Below are positions 1-9,264 of a stretch of 32,000 bases of DNA, piece by piece. The translations under genes and the position numbers were made by a program. The notes under the pieces were generated by a model. It did no database searches. It worked only from the letters and a program-made list of their open reading frames with translations, and had not been told where the DNA came from. Numbering within the stretch: the stretch's first letter is position 1; each line of letters begins with the position of its first letter. The stretch comes from Cereibacter sphaeroides 2.4.1 (GTDB lineage Bacteria > Pseudomonadota > Alphaproteobacteria > Rhodobacterales > Rhodobacteraceae), in the NCBI RefSeq assembly GCF_000012905.2, contig NC_007493.2:360001-392000 (forward strand). The letters run 5' to 3'.

Positions 1-42
1 GTAGAAGCCCAGATCGACGGACTTGTCCTGCGGCTCGGTCAT
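1..42 (-). CDS. Hypothetical protein, 5' fragment only (first 14 codons, MTEPQDKSVDLGFY), running out of the window
   Basis: The minus-strand ATG at 42..40 lies 10 nt after the greA stop and is preceded by GGGGA. The frame stays open to the window edge. It is too short to identify. Confidence 0.3.
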   Translation of the reverse strand, partial: MTEPQDKSVDLGFY

Positions 43-52
43 GGCGTCCCCG

Positions 53-523
53 TCAGACGAACCGGACCGAGACCACCTCGTATCCGCGCTCGCCGCCCGG
101 CGTCTTGACCTCGATCGAGTCGCCCTCATCCTTGCCGATCAGCGCGCGCGCCAGCGGCGACTTGATGTTCAGAAGCCCCGCCTCGATGTCGGCCTCGGCC
201 TCGCCCACGATCTGATAGGTGCGCTCTTCCTCGGTCTCCTCGTCGAGGATCGTGACCGTGGCGCCGAACTTGATCGAGCCCGAGAGCTTCGCCGGGTCGA
301 TCACCTCGGCCAGCGACAGGATCGCCTCGAGCTCCTTGATGCGGCCCTCGATGAAGCTCTGCTTCTCGCGCGCGGCGTGATATTCGGCATTCTCCGACAG
401 GTCGCCATGCTCGCGCGCCTCGGCGATGGAGCGGATGACGGCCGGACGCTCCACGGTCTTCAGCGTCTTGAGTTCGTCGTCGAGCGCGGTGAAGCCCGCG
501 CGGGTCATCGGAATCTTGTCCAT
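53..523 (-). CDS. greA: Transcription elongation factor GreA
   Basis: The 156-aa ORF has the typical GreA N-terminal coiled-coil (DELKTLK..., [23 protein letters not shown]) and C-terminal globular domain ([21 protein letters not shown]). GAAGG lies upstream of the ATG. Confidence 0.95.
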   Translation of the reverse strand: MDKIPMTRAGFTALDDELKTLKTVERPAVIRSIAEAREHGDLSENAEYHAAREKQSFIEGRIKELEAILSLAEVIDPAKLSGSIKFGATVTILDEETEEERTYQIVGEAEADIEAGLLNIKSPLARALIGKDEGDSIEVKTPGGERGYEVVSVRFV

Positions 524-534
524 CTGCCTTCACC

Positions 535-576
535 CAAAAAACAGAAAGCCACGGCCCGGGCAGGGCCATGACCTTG
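535..576 (-). terminator. Intrinsic-terminator-like hairpin plus T-run in the greA 5' leader (possible attenuator or short leader RNA)
   Basis: The minus strand reads AAGGTCATGGCCC-TGCCC-GGGCCGTGGCTTT followed by CTGTTTTTT. The core stem is 8 bp (570..550), extendable to 13 bp with G:U pairs. The T6 run ends about 12 nt before the greA ATG. Confidence 0.45.
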
Positions 577-795
577 AGCTTGCGTTCCCCTCACCTGATC
601 CGATGGGACCGACGAATGCAAGGGGGTCCGTGCCCCGCCGCCTGAGGGCCGCAGGGGCGCAGCATTTGTCGCGGCACGCGGGCGCGCGGAGCGCCGCGTC
701 ACGATTGACCTTGCGCCATGCATGTTGCAGGAACGACGAGATGTCTTAACAGCCCTTTCCAGCCGGGCCGACCGGGCCCGCCAGAGGACCGCCTG

Positions 796-2451
796 ATGAC
801 CGAGCAGACTCCCCGCGAGCAGATGGAATATGATGTCGTCATCGTGGGGGCGGGGCCGTCGGGCCTGTCGGCGGCTATCCGGTTGAAACAGCTCGACCCG
901 GATCTGTCGGTCGTCCTGCTCGAGAAGGGCTCGGAGGTGGGCGCGCATATCCTGTCGGGTGCGGTGCTCGATCCGGCGGGTCTGAACGCGCTGATCCCCG
1001 ACTGGAAGGAGAAGGGCGCGCCGCTCAACACGCCGGTGACCGAGGATCATTTCTTCGTCCTCACCCCCGCCGGCCAGACCATGCTGCCCTCGTGGCCGGT
1101 GCCGAAGCTCATGGACAACCACGGCAACTATGTCGTGTCGATGGGCAATGTCTGCCGCTGGCTCGCCACGCAGGCCGAGGAGCTGGGCGTCGAGATCTTC
1201 CCGGGCATGTCCTGTTCCGAGCTCGTCTATGGCGAGAACGGCGAGGTGCGCGGCGTGGTGGCGGGCGAGTTCGGCAAGAATGCCGACGGCACGCCCGGCC
1301 CGAGCTACGAGCCCGGGATGGAGCTTCTGGGCAAGTATGTGATGCTGGCCGAAGGCGTGCGCGGCTCGCTCTCCAAGCAGGTGATGGAGAAGTTCGATCT
1401 CCGCAAGGGCTACGGGCCGCAGAAATACGGCCTCGGCATGAAGGAGATCTGGGAGATCGACCCGGCCAAGCACAAGCCGGGCCGGATCTGGCACACGATG
1501 GGCTGGCCTCTGGGCAAGAATGCGGGCGGCGGATCGTTCATCTATCATGCCGAGAACAATCAGGTCTTCATCGGCCTCGTCGTCCACCTGAACTACGAGA
1601 ACCCGCATCTCTATCCCTATCAGGAGTTCCAGCGCTTCAAGCATCACCCGATGGTGGCCGAGCTGCTGAAGGGCGGCAAGCGCGTGGCCTATGGCGCGCG
1701 GGCGATCTCGGAAGGGGGCTACCAGTCGCTGCCGAAGATGGTCTTCCCGGGCGGCGCGCTCCTTGGCTGCTCGGCCGGCATGGTCAACGTGCCGCGCATC
1801 AAGGGCAACCACAATGCCATGCTCTCGGGCAAGGCCGCGGCCGAGGCCGCCCATGCCGCGATCAAGGCCGGCCGGCAGTCGGACGAGCTGTCCGACTACG
1901 AGCAGTCGGTCCGCAAGGGGCCCATCGGGCAGGACCTCTGGAAGGTCCGCAACGTCAAGCCGATCTGGTCGCATCTCGGGCTCTATGCCTCGATGGCGCT
2001 GGGCGGGCTCGACATGTGGACGAACAGCCTGTTCAACTTCTCGTTCTTCGGCACGATGAAGCACCATCAGACCGACGCGGCCGACACCAAGCCCGCCCGG
2101 GATTTCGCGCCCATCGACTATCCCAAGCCCGACGGCGTCCTGTCCTTCGACCGGCTGACGAACGTGGCCTTCTCCTTCACGAACCACGAGGAGAGCCAGC
2201 CCGCGCATCTCAAGCTCAAGGATCCCGCGATCCCGATCGCGGTGAACCTGCCGAAATATGCCGAGCCTGCGCAGCGCTACTGCCCGGCCGGCGTCTATGA
2301 GGTGGTGAGCGAGGCGGGCCGCGATCCGCGCTTCGTCATCAACTTCCAGAACTGCGTCCACTGCAAGACCTGCGACATCAAGGATCCGAGCCAGAACATC
2401 GACTGGACCACGCCGCAGGGCGGGGACGGGCCGAACTATCCCAACATGTGA
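796..2451 (+). CDS. Electron-transfer flavoprotein:ubiquinone oxidoreductase (ETF-QO)
   Basis: It has an FAD Rossmann motif (DVVIVGAGPSGLSAAIRL), is conserved along its whole length, and ends with a 4Fe-4S ferredoxin-like motif (NCVHCKTCDIKDP). I chose the ATG at 796 (MTEQTPRE...) rather than the longest-ORF start at 718. Confidence 0.93.
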   Translation: MTEQTPREQMEYDVVIVGAGPSGLSAAIRLKQLDPDLSVVLLEKGSEVGAHILSGAVLDPAGLNALIPDWKEKGAPLNTPVTEDHFFVLTPAGQTMLPSWPVPKLMDNHGNYVVSMGNVCRWLATQAEELGVEIFPGMSCSELVYGENGEVRGVVAGEFGKNADGTPGPSYEPGMELLGKYVMLAEGVRGSLSKQVMEKFDLRKGYGPQKYGLGMKEIWEIDPAKHKPGRIWHTMGWPLGKNAGGGSFIYHAENNQVFIGLVVHLNYENPHLYPYQEFQRFKHHPMVAELLKGGKRVAYGARAISEGGYQSLPKMVFPGGALLGCSAGMVNVPRIKGNHNAMLSGKAAAEAAHAAIKAGRQSDELSDYEQSVRKGPIGQDLWKVRNVKPIWSHLGLYASMALGGLDMWTNSLFNFSFFGTMKHHQTDAADTKPARDFAPIDYPKPDGVLSFDRLTNVAFSFTNHEESQPAHLKLKDPAIPIAVNLPKYAEPAQRYCPAGVYEVVSEAGRDPRFVINFQNCVHCKTCDIKDPSQNIDWTTPQGGDGPNYPNM

Positions 2452-2550
2452 GCCTCTGACAATCGCGCGAGCGGCCCCCGGCCGTTCCCGCGTCCATTGC
2501 CTTGCCTTCCCGGCAAGTCTAGCGTGGCCGCAAAGCGGAGGCATATTTCC

Positions 2551-4252
2551 ATGGCGAACATCCTGATGCGGCCGGTTCTGGCTCTGGCGCTCGCGGCGCT
2601 CCTGCCGGCGGCGGCCGGGGCGCAGCAGGAGGATGCGGGCGCCTATCTGGCCGCGCGCGTGGCGGCCGCGGGCAGCGACTATCGTTCCGCGGCCGACTGG
2701 TTCACCCGGGCGCTCGCCGCGGATCCCTCCAACACCAGTCTCATCGAGGGCGCGCTGATCTCGGACTTCTCGCTGGGCGAGATCGAGAAGGCGGTGCCGC
2801 TCGCCACGCGCCTGACCGAGAGCGGCAACGGGGCGCAGGCCGCGGCGCTCGTCCTGCTCGCCGACCGGGCCAAGCGCGAGGAGTATCAGGCCATCCTGAC
2901 GGCCGAGCCCAACCGGCCTCGGCCCGCTGGTCGACCGGCTGTCCTTCGCCTGGGCGGCCTTCGGCGCGGGCCGGATGTCCGAGGCGCTCGAAGCCTTCGA
3001 TCAGCTCGCCACCACGCAGGGGCTCGAGCCCTTCGGTCTCTATCACAAGGCGCTGGCACTGGCCGCCGCGGGCGATTTCGAGGGCGCGGACGAGATCCTG
3101 TCGGGGCGCGACGGCAATGCGCTGCGCGTCATGCGCCGCGGCTCGATCGCGCATGCCCAGATCCTGAGCCAGCTCGACCGGAACGCCGATGCGGTGGCGA
3201 TGCTGGAGAAGAGCTTCGGCACCGACGCCGATGCGGGCATCGACGCGCTGAAGGAACGGCTCGCGGCGGGCGAGACGCTGCCCTATGACGTGGCGCGCAA
3301 CGCGACCGACGGCATGGCCGAGATCTTCTTTACGCTCGCGGGCGCGCTGAGTGGCGAGGTCGACGACGGCTCGACCCTGCTCTATGCCCGCACGGCCACC
3401 CATCTGCGCCCCGACCACACCGAGGCCCTGCTGCTCTCGGCGCAGATCCTCGACAATCAGGGCCAGCATCAGCTCGCCTCCGAAACCTATGCCCGGATCC
3501 CGACCGCGGATCCGATGTTCTTCGTGGCCGAGATCGGGCGCGCCGACGCTTTGCGGGCCGACGGCAAGATCGAGGCCTCGCTCGAGGTGCTGCAGGGGCT
3601 CGCGCGTTCGAAGCCCGAGCTGATGCAGGTCCATCTCGCGCTCGGCGACGCGCTGCGGCGCGAGGAACGCTATGCGGATGCGGTCAAGGCCTATGATGCG
3701 GCGATTGCGCGCGTGCCCGCGCCGGAGCGCCAGCACTGGCCGTTGTTCTACAGCCGCGGCATCTGTCACGAGCGGCTCTCGCACTGGAAGGAGGCCGAGG
3801 CGGATTTCCGCCGCGCGCTCGAGCTCAATCCCGACGAGCCGCAGGTGCTGAACTACCTCGGCTATTCCTTCGTGGACCGCGGCCAGAATCTCGAGGAGGC
3901 GCTCTCGATGATCGAGCGCGCCGTCGCCGCGCGGCCCGAGAGCGGCTATATCATCGACAGCCTCGCCTGGGCCTATTTCCGGCTCGGCCGCTATCAGGAT
4001 GCGGTGGAACCGATGGAGAAGGCCTCGCTGCTCGAGCCGGTCGATCCGATCGTCACCGACCATCTGGGCGATGTCTATTGGGCCGTGGGCCGCAAGCTCG
4101 AAGCCCGTTTCCAGTGGCACCGCGCCCTGTCCTTCGATCCCGAGGAGAAGGAGGCGCAGCGTATCCGCCGCAAGCTCGAGGTCGGCCTCGATGCGCTTCT
4201 GGCGGAGGAAGGTGCGAAACCCCTGTCGGTAGCCGTAAGAGCGAATGACTGA
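2551..4252 (+). pseudogene. TPR-repeat protein with signal peptide, split by an apparent +1 frame break near 2911-2915 (or an assembly error)
   Basis: The N-terminal part (ATG 2551, GGAG at 2537, signal-like MANILMRPVLALALAALLPAAAGAQ) is in frame 1. Protein-like sequence continues in frame 2 (...GLGPLVDRLSFAWAAFGAGRMSEALEAF...), which opens right after a TGA at 2897-2899. The frame-1 continuation is Arg/Pro/Gly junk until the stop at 3288. The C-terminal part has clear TPR repeats (e.g. AEADFRRALELNPDEPQVLNYLGYSF). Confidence 0.7.
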
Positions 4253-5081
4253 AGCCTTTGCCCGCGCGAAGATCAACCTGACCCTGCATGTCACCGGCCA
4301 GCGGCCGGACGGCTATCACCTTCTCGACTCGCTCGTGGTCTTCGCCGATGTGGGCGACCGGGTGCGGGCCGAACCGGCCGAAGCGCTGAGCCTCGCCATC
4401 ACCGGGCCGCAGGCGGCGAACCTGCCGGTGGCGGACGACAATCTGGTGCTGCGCGCCGCCCGGACGCTGGGCGGTCAGGGGGCGCGGCTCACGCTCGAGA
4501 AGCATCTGCCCGTGGCCTCGGGTATCGGCGGCGGCTCCGCCGATGCGGCGGCGGCCCTCGTGGCGCTGGCCCGGCTCTGGCAGGTGCCGCTGCCGGAACC
4601 CGCCGCTGTCCTGAAGCTCGGGGCCGACGTGCCGGTCTGCCTCGAAGGCCGCGCGGTGCGGATGGCCGGGGTGGGCGAGATCCTGACGCCGCTTGCAGCG
4701 CCCTTGCCCGAAGGCTGGCTGGTGCTGGCGAACCCCGGCGTGTCGGTGCCGACGCCCCCGGTTTTCAAGGCGCTCGCCCGGCGGGACAACCCGCCGATGC
4801 CCGACGATCTGCCCGGCTGGCCCACCGTCGAGGCCCTGGCCGCGTTCCTGGCCACGCAGCGCAACGATCTGGAGCCGCCGGCCATCGCGCTTGCGCCCGA
4901 GATCGCCCGGACCCGCGCCGCCCTTGCCGCGCAACGGGGGTGCCTGCTGGCCCGCATGTCGGGATCGGGCGCGACCTGCTTCGGCCTCTTTGCCGCCGAA
5001 GAGGCCGCGCGGGCTGCGGCCGAGGCCATCGGGGCAGAGCACCCCGGCTGGTGGGTGGCGCCTGCCCGTATGGTGGGCTGA
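4245..5081 (+). CDS. ispE: 4-diphosphocytidyl-2-C-methyl-D-erythritol kinase
   Basis: The ORF is 278 aa, with the N-terminal [11 protein letters not shown] motif and a GHMP-kinase Gly-rich loop ([15 protein letters not shown]). Its start overlaps the TPR gene stop by 8 nt. Confidence 0.93.
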
Positions 5082-5192
5082 TCGAGCCGCTGCTTGACGG
5101 TATGGCCGGAGGGGAGCGAACAGGCAGCAGGAGGTGACGGGACGCTTGGCGGGCGCACGATTCGGCCTCAGGCTGGTGTGCCCTGCCGGGAG

Positions 5193-5708
5193 ATGCCTGT
5201 GATCTGGATCCGTCTGCTTCTGTTGCCGCTCTGCCTCGCCCCGACGCTGGCGCTGGCGCAGGTCGATGCGACCCCCGCCACCGATCCCGCCCGCTTCCTC
5301 GCGCTCGAAAGCGTCGCGCGCACCGATGCCACCGCCCAGGACCTCGCCCGCAGGATCGAGGCCCGGGCCATCGCCGAGGCCGAGGCGGGGTCGGGCGAGC
5401 CTGTCGAGGTCGAGGGCCTGCTCGTGGACTTCGCCGACGGTCGGCGCCTGCTGCATATCGCTCTCTGCGGCGGCGCCTGGTTCGGAAACCTCGGCTGCCA
5501 TTCCAGCCTCTTCACGATGCCGGCGGGCGGCGCGGGCTTCGTCCGCGTGCTCGACCTGATCGGCAGCGGGCCGATCTGGTTCGACAGCCGCGAAGGCGTG
5601 GGCGGCTGGCCCGATCTGATCCTCGGCGGCACGCGGCCGAGCCACCCGCCCTATATCCGCTGGCGCTGGACGGGCCAGACCTTCGACAAGGCCTGGCCTC
5701 CCGGCTGA
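5193..5708 (+). CDS. Hypothetical secreted/periplasmic protein (171 aa)
   Basis: There is strong GC3 codon bias in this frame and a signal-peptide-like N-terminus (MPVIWIRLLLLPLCLAPTLALAQV). I recognise no family. The start is uncertain; the longest ORF begins at 5094. Confidence 0.55.
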   Translation: MPVIWIRLLLLPLCLAPTLALAQVDATPATDPARFLALESVARTDATAQDLARRIEARAIAEAEAGSGEPVEVEGLLVDFADGRRLLHIALCGGAWFGNLGCHSSLFTMPAGGAGFVRVLDLIGSGPIWFDSREGVGGWPDLILGGTRPSHPPYIRWRWTGQTFDKAWPPG

Positions 5709-5715
5709 TCGAGTC

Positions 5716-7173
5716 TCAGGGGCGTAGAGGCTCCGTCGCGGGCGCGATCTGGGTCTGGGCAGGGGTGCCCGTGGCACGCGGAGCCTCTTCCTGCGGAGCG
5801 GCGGCCGCCCCGGACTGCCCGGTTCCAACCCGATCGGTCCCCACCGGCGCGTCGCTGATCGTGCCGTCGGCCGCCGCCACCCGCCAGACCGTGTTGCCCG
5901 CATCGTCGGCCACGAGGAGCGCCCCCGTCCCGTCGATCCCGACGCCCACCGGCCGCCCGTGGGCGCGGTCACCGTCGAGGAAGCCCGTCACCACGTCCTG
6001 CGCCGTTTCGGCGGGGCGGCCGTCGACGAAGGGCACATAGACCACCTTGTAGCCGTTGAAGGCATCGCGGTTCCAGCTGCCGTGCTCGCCCACGAAGGCG
6101 CCGCTCCGCCAGGCCTCGGGCAGCGCCGAGCCGTAGGAGAAGGTGAGCCCCAGCGCCGCCACATGGCTCGACAGCGCATAGTCGGGCGGGATGGCCGCCT
6201 GAACCATATCGGGACGCTCGGGATGGACGCGCGGATCGACATGCTGGCCGTAGTAGCTCCACGGCCAGCCGTAGAAGGCGCCCTCCTGCACCGAGGTCAT
6301 GTAGTCGGGCACGAGGTTCGGCCCGAGCTCGTCGCGTTCGTTGACCACGGTCCAGAGGCTCCCCGTCTCGGGGTGGAAGGTGAGCCCGTTGGGGTTGCGC
6401 AGGCCCGAGGCATAGACGCGGGCCGCGCCGGTCTCGCGATCCACCTGCCAGATGGCCGCGCGGCCCTTCTCGGCCTCGATCCCGTTCTCGACGATGTTCG
6501 AGTTCGAGCCGACCGAGACGAAGAGGCTCGCCCCGTCCGGGCTGAGCGCGAGATCCTTGGTCCAGTGGTGGTTGATCGGGCCGCCCGGCAGCGGCGTCAG
6601 CACCTCGGGCTTGGCCACGATCTCGGTCTGTCCGAGCGTGTAGGGATAGACGAGGATCGCATCGGTCGCCGCCACATAGAGCCGGTCGTCGATCCAGGCC
6701 ACGCCGAAGGGCGAGTTCAGGTCGGTGAGCAGATCATGACGCTCGTCCACCGTGCCGTCGCGGTCGGCGTCGCGCAGAAGCGTGATGCGGTTGCTCGGCG
6801 GCTGGTCGCCGCCGCCGCCATGGGCCATCGCCATGATCCAGCCGCGGATGAGATCCTTCGGCCGCGAGACGGGCTCTCCCGCCGGGCCGCGCGACTGCAC
6901 CACCAGCACGTCGCCGTTGGGCAGGGTGTGGACGGTGCGGGGATTGGCGAGGCCGGTCGCATAGGCGGCGATGCTCAGGCCCTCGGGCACGGTCGGCGTC
7001 TCGCCCTCCTGCCAGCCCACCACTTCGGCCACCGTCAGGTCGGGCAACAGGGACATCTCGGGCGCGGGCAGAACCGGATCCGGCCCGATCTGGGTGCTGA
7101 CGTCGAAACCGTCGGCCGCGAAGGCGGGAGCCGCCACAAGGAGCGCGAGCGGGAGGAGACGGATCCTAGTCAT
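5716..7173 (-). CDS. PQQ-dependent sugar (glucose/sorbosone) dehydrogenase family protein, periplasmic
   Basis: It has a signal peptide (MTRIRLLPLALLVAAPAFA) and beta-propeller sorbosone-dehydrogenase-like sequence (NPRTVHTLPNGDVLVV, FGVAWIDDRLYVA, GLRNPNGLTFHPETG, FYGWPW). The C-terminal tail is low-complexity Ala/Pro/Thr. The start at 7173 overlaps the upstream gene stop by 8 nt. Confidence 0.85.
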   Translation of the reverse strand: MTRIRLLPLALLVAAPAFAADGFDVSTQIGPDPVLPAPEMSLLPDLTVAEVVGWQEGETPTVPEGLSIAAYATGLANPRTVHTLPNGDVLVVQSRGPAGEPVSRPKDLIRGWIMAMAHGGGGDQPPSNRITLLRDADRDGTVDERHDLLTDLNSPFGVAWIDDRLYVAATDAILVYPYTLGQTEIVAKPEVLTPLPGGPINHHWTKDLALSPDGASLFVSVGSNSNIVENGIEAEKGRAAIWQVDRETGAARVYASGLRNPNGLTFHPETGSLWTVVNERDELGPNLVPDYMTSVQEGAFYGWPWSYYGQHVDPRVHPERPDMVQAAIPPDYALSSHVAALGLTFSYGSALPEAWRSGAFVGEHGSWNRDAFNGYKVVYVPFVDGRPAETAQDVVTGFLDGDRAHGRPVGVGIDGTGALLVADDAGNTVWRVAAADGTISDAPVGTDRVGTGQSGAAAAPQEEAPRATGTPAQTQIAPATEPLRP

Positions 7174-7621
7174 GACGGGCCACCCCCGCACCATGGCGGA
7201 AGACCATCGAGAGGCCGAGCCAGACGGTCACCGCCATGACGGCCACCGTCGCCGCCGAAAGCACGATCCCCCACGGCACGACACCGGTCCAGCCGTCGCG
7301 CGCATGAACGAAGCTGTTCACCACGGCAAGCCCCAGCGCCACGAGATTGCCGAGCCCGTGGATCCAGCCGATGCGCAGCCGCCGCAGCGGACGGCGCACG
7401 AGCAGATCGATCGCCCCGAGCAACGCCGCGACGGCCCCGGTGACCACGGCGATCAGGAGGAGCCATTCCGCGAAATGCTGCCACATCAGGTTTCCCGTGG
7501 CCCAGTAGGCGAGGTCCGCGCCCAGCGTGAGGGTCAGGCAGGCAATGGGGAAGGGCACGAGCATCGCATGGAGGGGCCGTCCGCCGATGGCAGCGACCGA
7601 AGGGGCAGGGGCTTGCGGCAT
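7166..7621 (-). CDS. DUF2231-family integral membrane protein
   Basis: The 151-aa ORF has about four hydrophobic helices and an N-terminal HAMLVPFPIA motif typical of DUF2231. AAGGAGAG lies 5 nt upstream of the ATG. Confidence 0.8.
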   Translation of the reverse strand: MPQAPAPSVAAIGGRPLHAMLVPFPIACLTLTLGADLAYWATGNLMWQHFAEWLLLIAVVTGAVAALLGAIDLLVRRPLRRLRIGWIHGLGNLVALGLAVVNSFVHARDGWTGVVPWGIVLSAATVAVMAVTVWLGLSMVFRHGAGVARHD

Positions 7622-7785
7622 CTCGCTCTCCTTTGGTTGATCCGAAGCAGATACTGCCCAGCCGGCCGAGGGTTCCCGGCCGCAGGGCGCCCGGCGGCCT
7701 CCGGGCGGGCTCGTCGCGCGATTGTGCGCGAACCGCGGACCCCGGGTTCGGGTTACCGCCGCCGGTCGTGCCGAAGGAGAGGATC

Positions 7786-8862
7786 GTGTTCCAGTTTGCC
7801 GCCTACCGGATCATGTCCAGCCGCCGCCATGCGCTGCGCGTGGCGGTGCAGACAGCGGTGGCAACGCTCGCCGTGCATCTCCTGATGCGGCCTCTCGCGC
7901 CGGATCTGGAATCCTGGGCGGTGATCGCGGCGCTCTTCACCATCGGGACCAGCGTCGATGCCACGCTCGGCGCCGGGATCTCCCGGATCGCGGGCACCGC
8001 GCTCGGGGCGGGGCTCGGGCTTGCGGTGACGGGCCTGCTCGGCGGCTCCAGCCTCCCGGCCCTGCTGCTGGCGGCGGTCCTGTCGAACAGTCTCGCCGCC
8101 ATCTGGCCGGGCCTGACCTATGCCGCGGTGATGGCCGCCATCGTGGCGCTCGACCCGAGCCCCGACGGCCGCAGCGCCCTTGCCCTGTCCGGAGCCGTCG
8201 TGCTCGGCACGATCTTCGGCACCGCGGCGAGCTTCCTCGTCTGGCCCGAGTTCGGGCGCAATCGCGCCGTCCTGTCGCTGCGCGAGGCGATGGACGACTG
8301 CCGGGAGTTTCTCGGGTTGATCCACAAGGGCGTCACGACCGATGACAGGCGCAACCGCTACTTCCTCCACCAGAGGTTCCGGGGGCATCTCTTCGCACTC
8401 TACGACCGGATCGCGGAAACGCATTTCACGCCGCAGGTGCGCAGCGGCGCGGGGCTGCGCGAAGCGGCCGATGCGGTGGAAGCCCTCTGGTATGCGCTGG
8501 TGATCCTCGACCGCGGCGTGATCTCGGGCCGTGCGCGGCTGCCCGACAGAACGGTCGAGCGGGTGCGGCCGGTGCTGGCCGCCGTCCAGACGGAAGCATG
8601 CCGGGTGCTTGAGAGCGCCTCGATCGCCGCGGGACCCGGCCGCGCGACGCCGACCGACCCCACGGAACTGATGCGCGTGCTGGCCGAGGCGCGCGAGCTG
8701 ACCCTCGCCGCCGCGGCGGAGGGGCGCGACATCGCGCCTGCGCAGGAGCAGGCGCTGCAGGCTCTGAGCTTCGCCCTCGATGAGATGGAGCGGTCCCTGA
8801 TGGCGCTCATGCGGGTGATCGAGCCGGAGTGCGAGGCACCCGACAAGGTGCGCGCGGCCTGA
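7786..8862 (+). CDS. FUSC / aromatic-acid-exporter-like family membrane protein
   Basis: The N-terminal half is hydrophobic (ALRVAVQTAVATLAVHLL..., GTALGAGLGLAV...) and the C-terminal half is a soluble helical region. GTG 7786 is preferred because AAGGAGAGG sits at 7774-7782. ATG 7813 is an alternative start. Confidence 0.6.
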   Translation: MFQFAAYRIMSSRRHALRVAVQTAVATLAVHLLMRPLAPDLESWAVIAALFTIGTSVDATLGAGISRIAGTALGAGLGLAVTGLLGGSSLPALLLAAVLSNSLAAIWPGLTYAAVMAAIVALDPSPDGRSALALSGAVVLGTIFGTAASFLVWPEFGRNRAVLSLREAMDDCREFLGLIHKGVTTDDRRNRYFLHQRFRGHLFALYDRIAETHFTPQVRSGAGLREAADAVEALWYALVILDRGVISGRARLPDRTVERVRPVLAAVQTEACRVLESASIAAGPGRATPTDPTELMRVLAEARELTLAAAAEGRDIAPAQEQALQALSFALDEMERSLMALMRVIEPECEAPDKVRAA

Positions 8863-8869
8863 ACGGAAG

Positions 8870-8889
8870 CTGCGCCGACGCCGGCGCGG
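8870..8889. terminator. Short GC hairpin between convergent genes (possible bidirectional terminator)
   Basis: GCGCCG-ACGC-CGGCGC forms a 6-bp stem at 8872..8887, plus flanking pairs. There is no U-tract. Confidence 0.3.
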
Positions 8890-9264
8890 TCAGCCGCAGG
8901 CGGCCAGATGGGCCACCAGAGCCGCGGCCTCCACCGGTTTCATCATGAGCGGAAGCGCCCGCATATCGGGCGGCAGCGTCTCGGGGCTCGCGCCGGTCAG
9001 AAGCACGAGCGGCACGCCCCGCCGCTCGAGCACCTCGATCACCGGCTGCACGGTCAGGTGGCGGAGGTTCACGTCCAGAACGGCTGCATCGCAGGCGCTG
9101 CTGCTGGCGAGATCCAGCGCCTCGGTCAAGGTTCCGGCCGGACCCAGCACCTCGGCGCCCTCCGCCTCCAGAATGGCGGCAAGGTCGTGGGCCAGAAAGA
9201 AATCGTCCTCCACGACCAGCACCGAACGGCCAGAGAGAGCTCTGCCAGTCATGCCGGTATTCAT
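8890..9264 (-). CDS. Single-domain response regulator (CheY-like receiver only)
   Basis: The 124-aa ORF has the acidic pair VLVVEDDFF, a putative phospho-acceptor in AAVLDVNL, and LLTG and MKP motifs. It has no output domain. GGGAGG lies 5 nt upstream of ATG 9264. Confidence 0.85.
   Translation of the reverse strand: MNTGMTGRALSGRSVLVVEDDFFLAHDLAAILEAEGAEVLGPAGTLTEALDLASSSACDAAVLDVNLRHLTVQPVIEVLERRGVPLVLLTGASPETLPPDMRALPLMMKPVEAAALVAHLAACG

Noticed and set aside
505-2544. A 679-aa minus-strand ORF opposite ETF-QO. Similar long antisense ORFs lie opposite the TPR/ispE genes (2741..4294 and 4053..5972)
   Set aside because: The reason is the same. They lie opposite genes with strong family signatures, their predicted proteins are compositionally junk-like, and they lack plausible start contexts.
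2905-2920. Programmed ribosomal frameshifting as an explanation for the TPR frame break
   Set aside because: There is no X-XXY-YYZ slippery heptamer, no in-frame stop or rare codon to stimulate a +1 shift, and no obvious downstream structure. An indel or sequencing error is more parsimonious.
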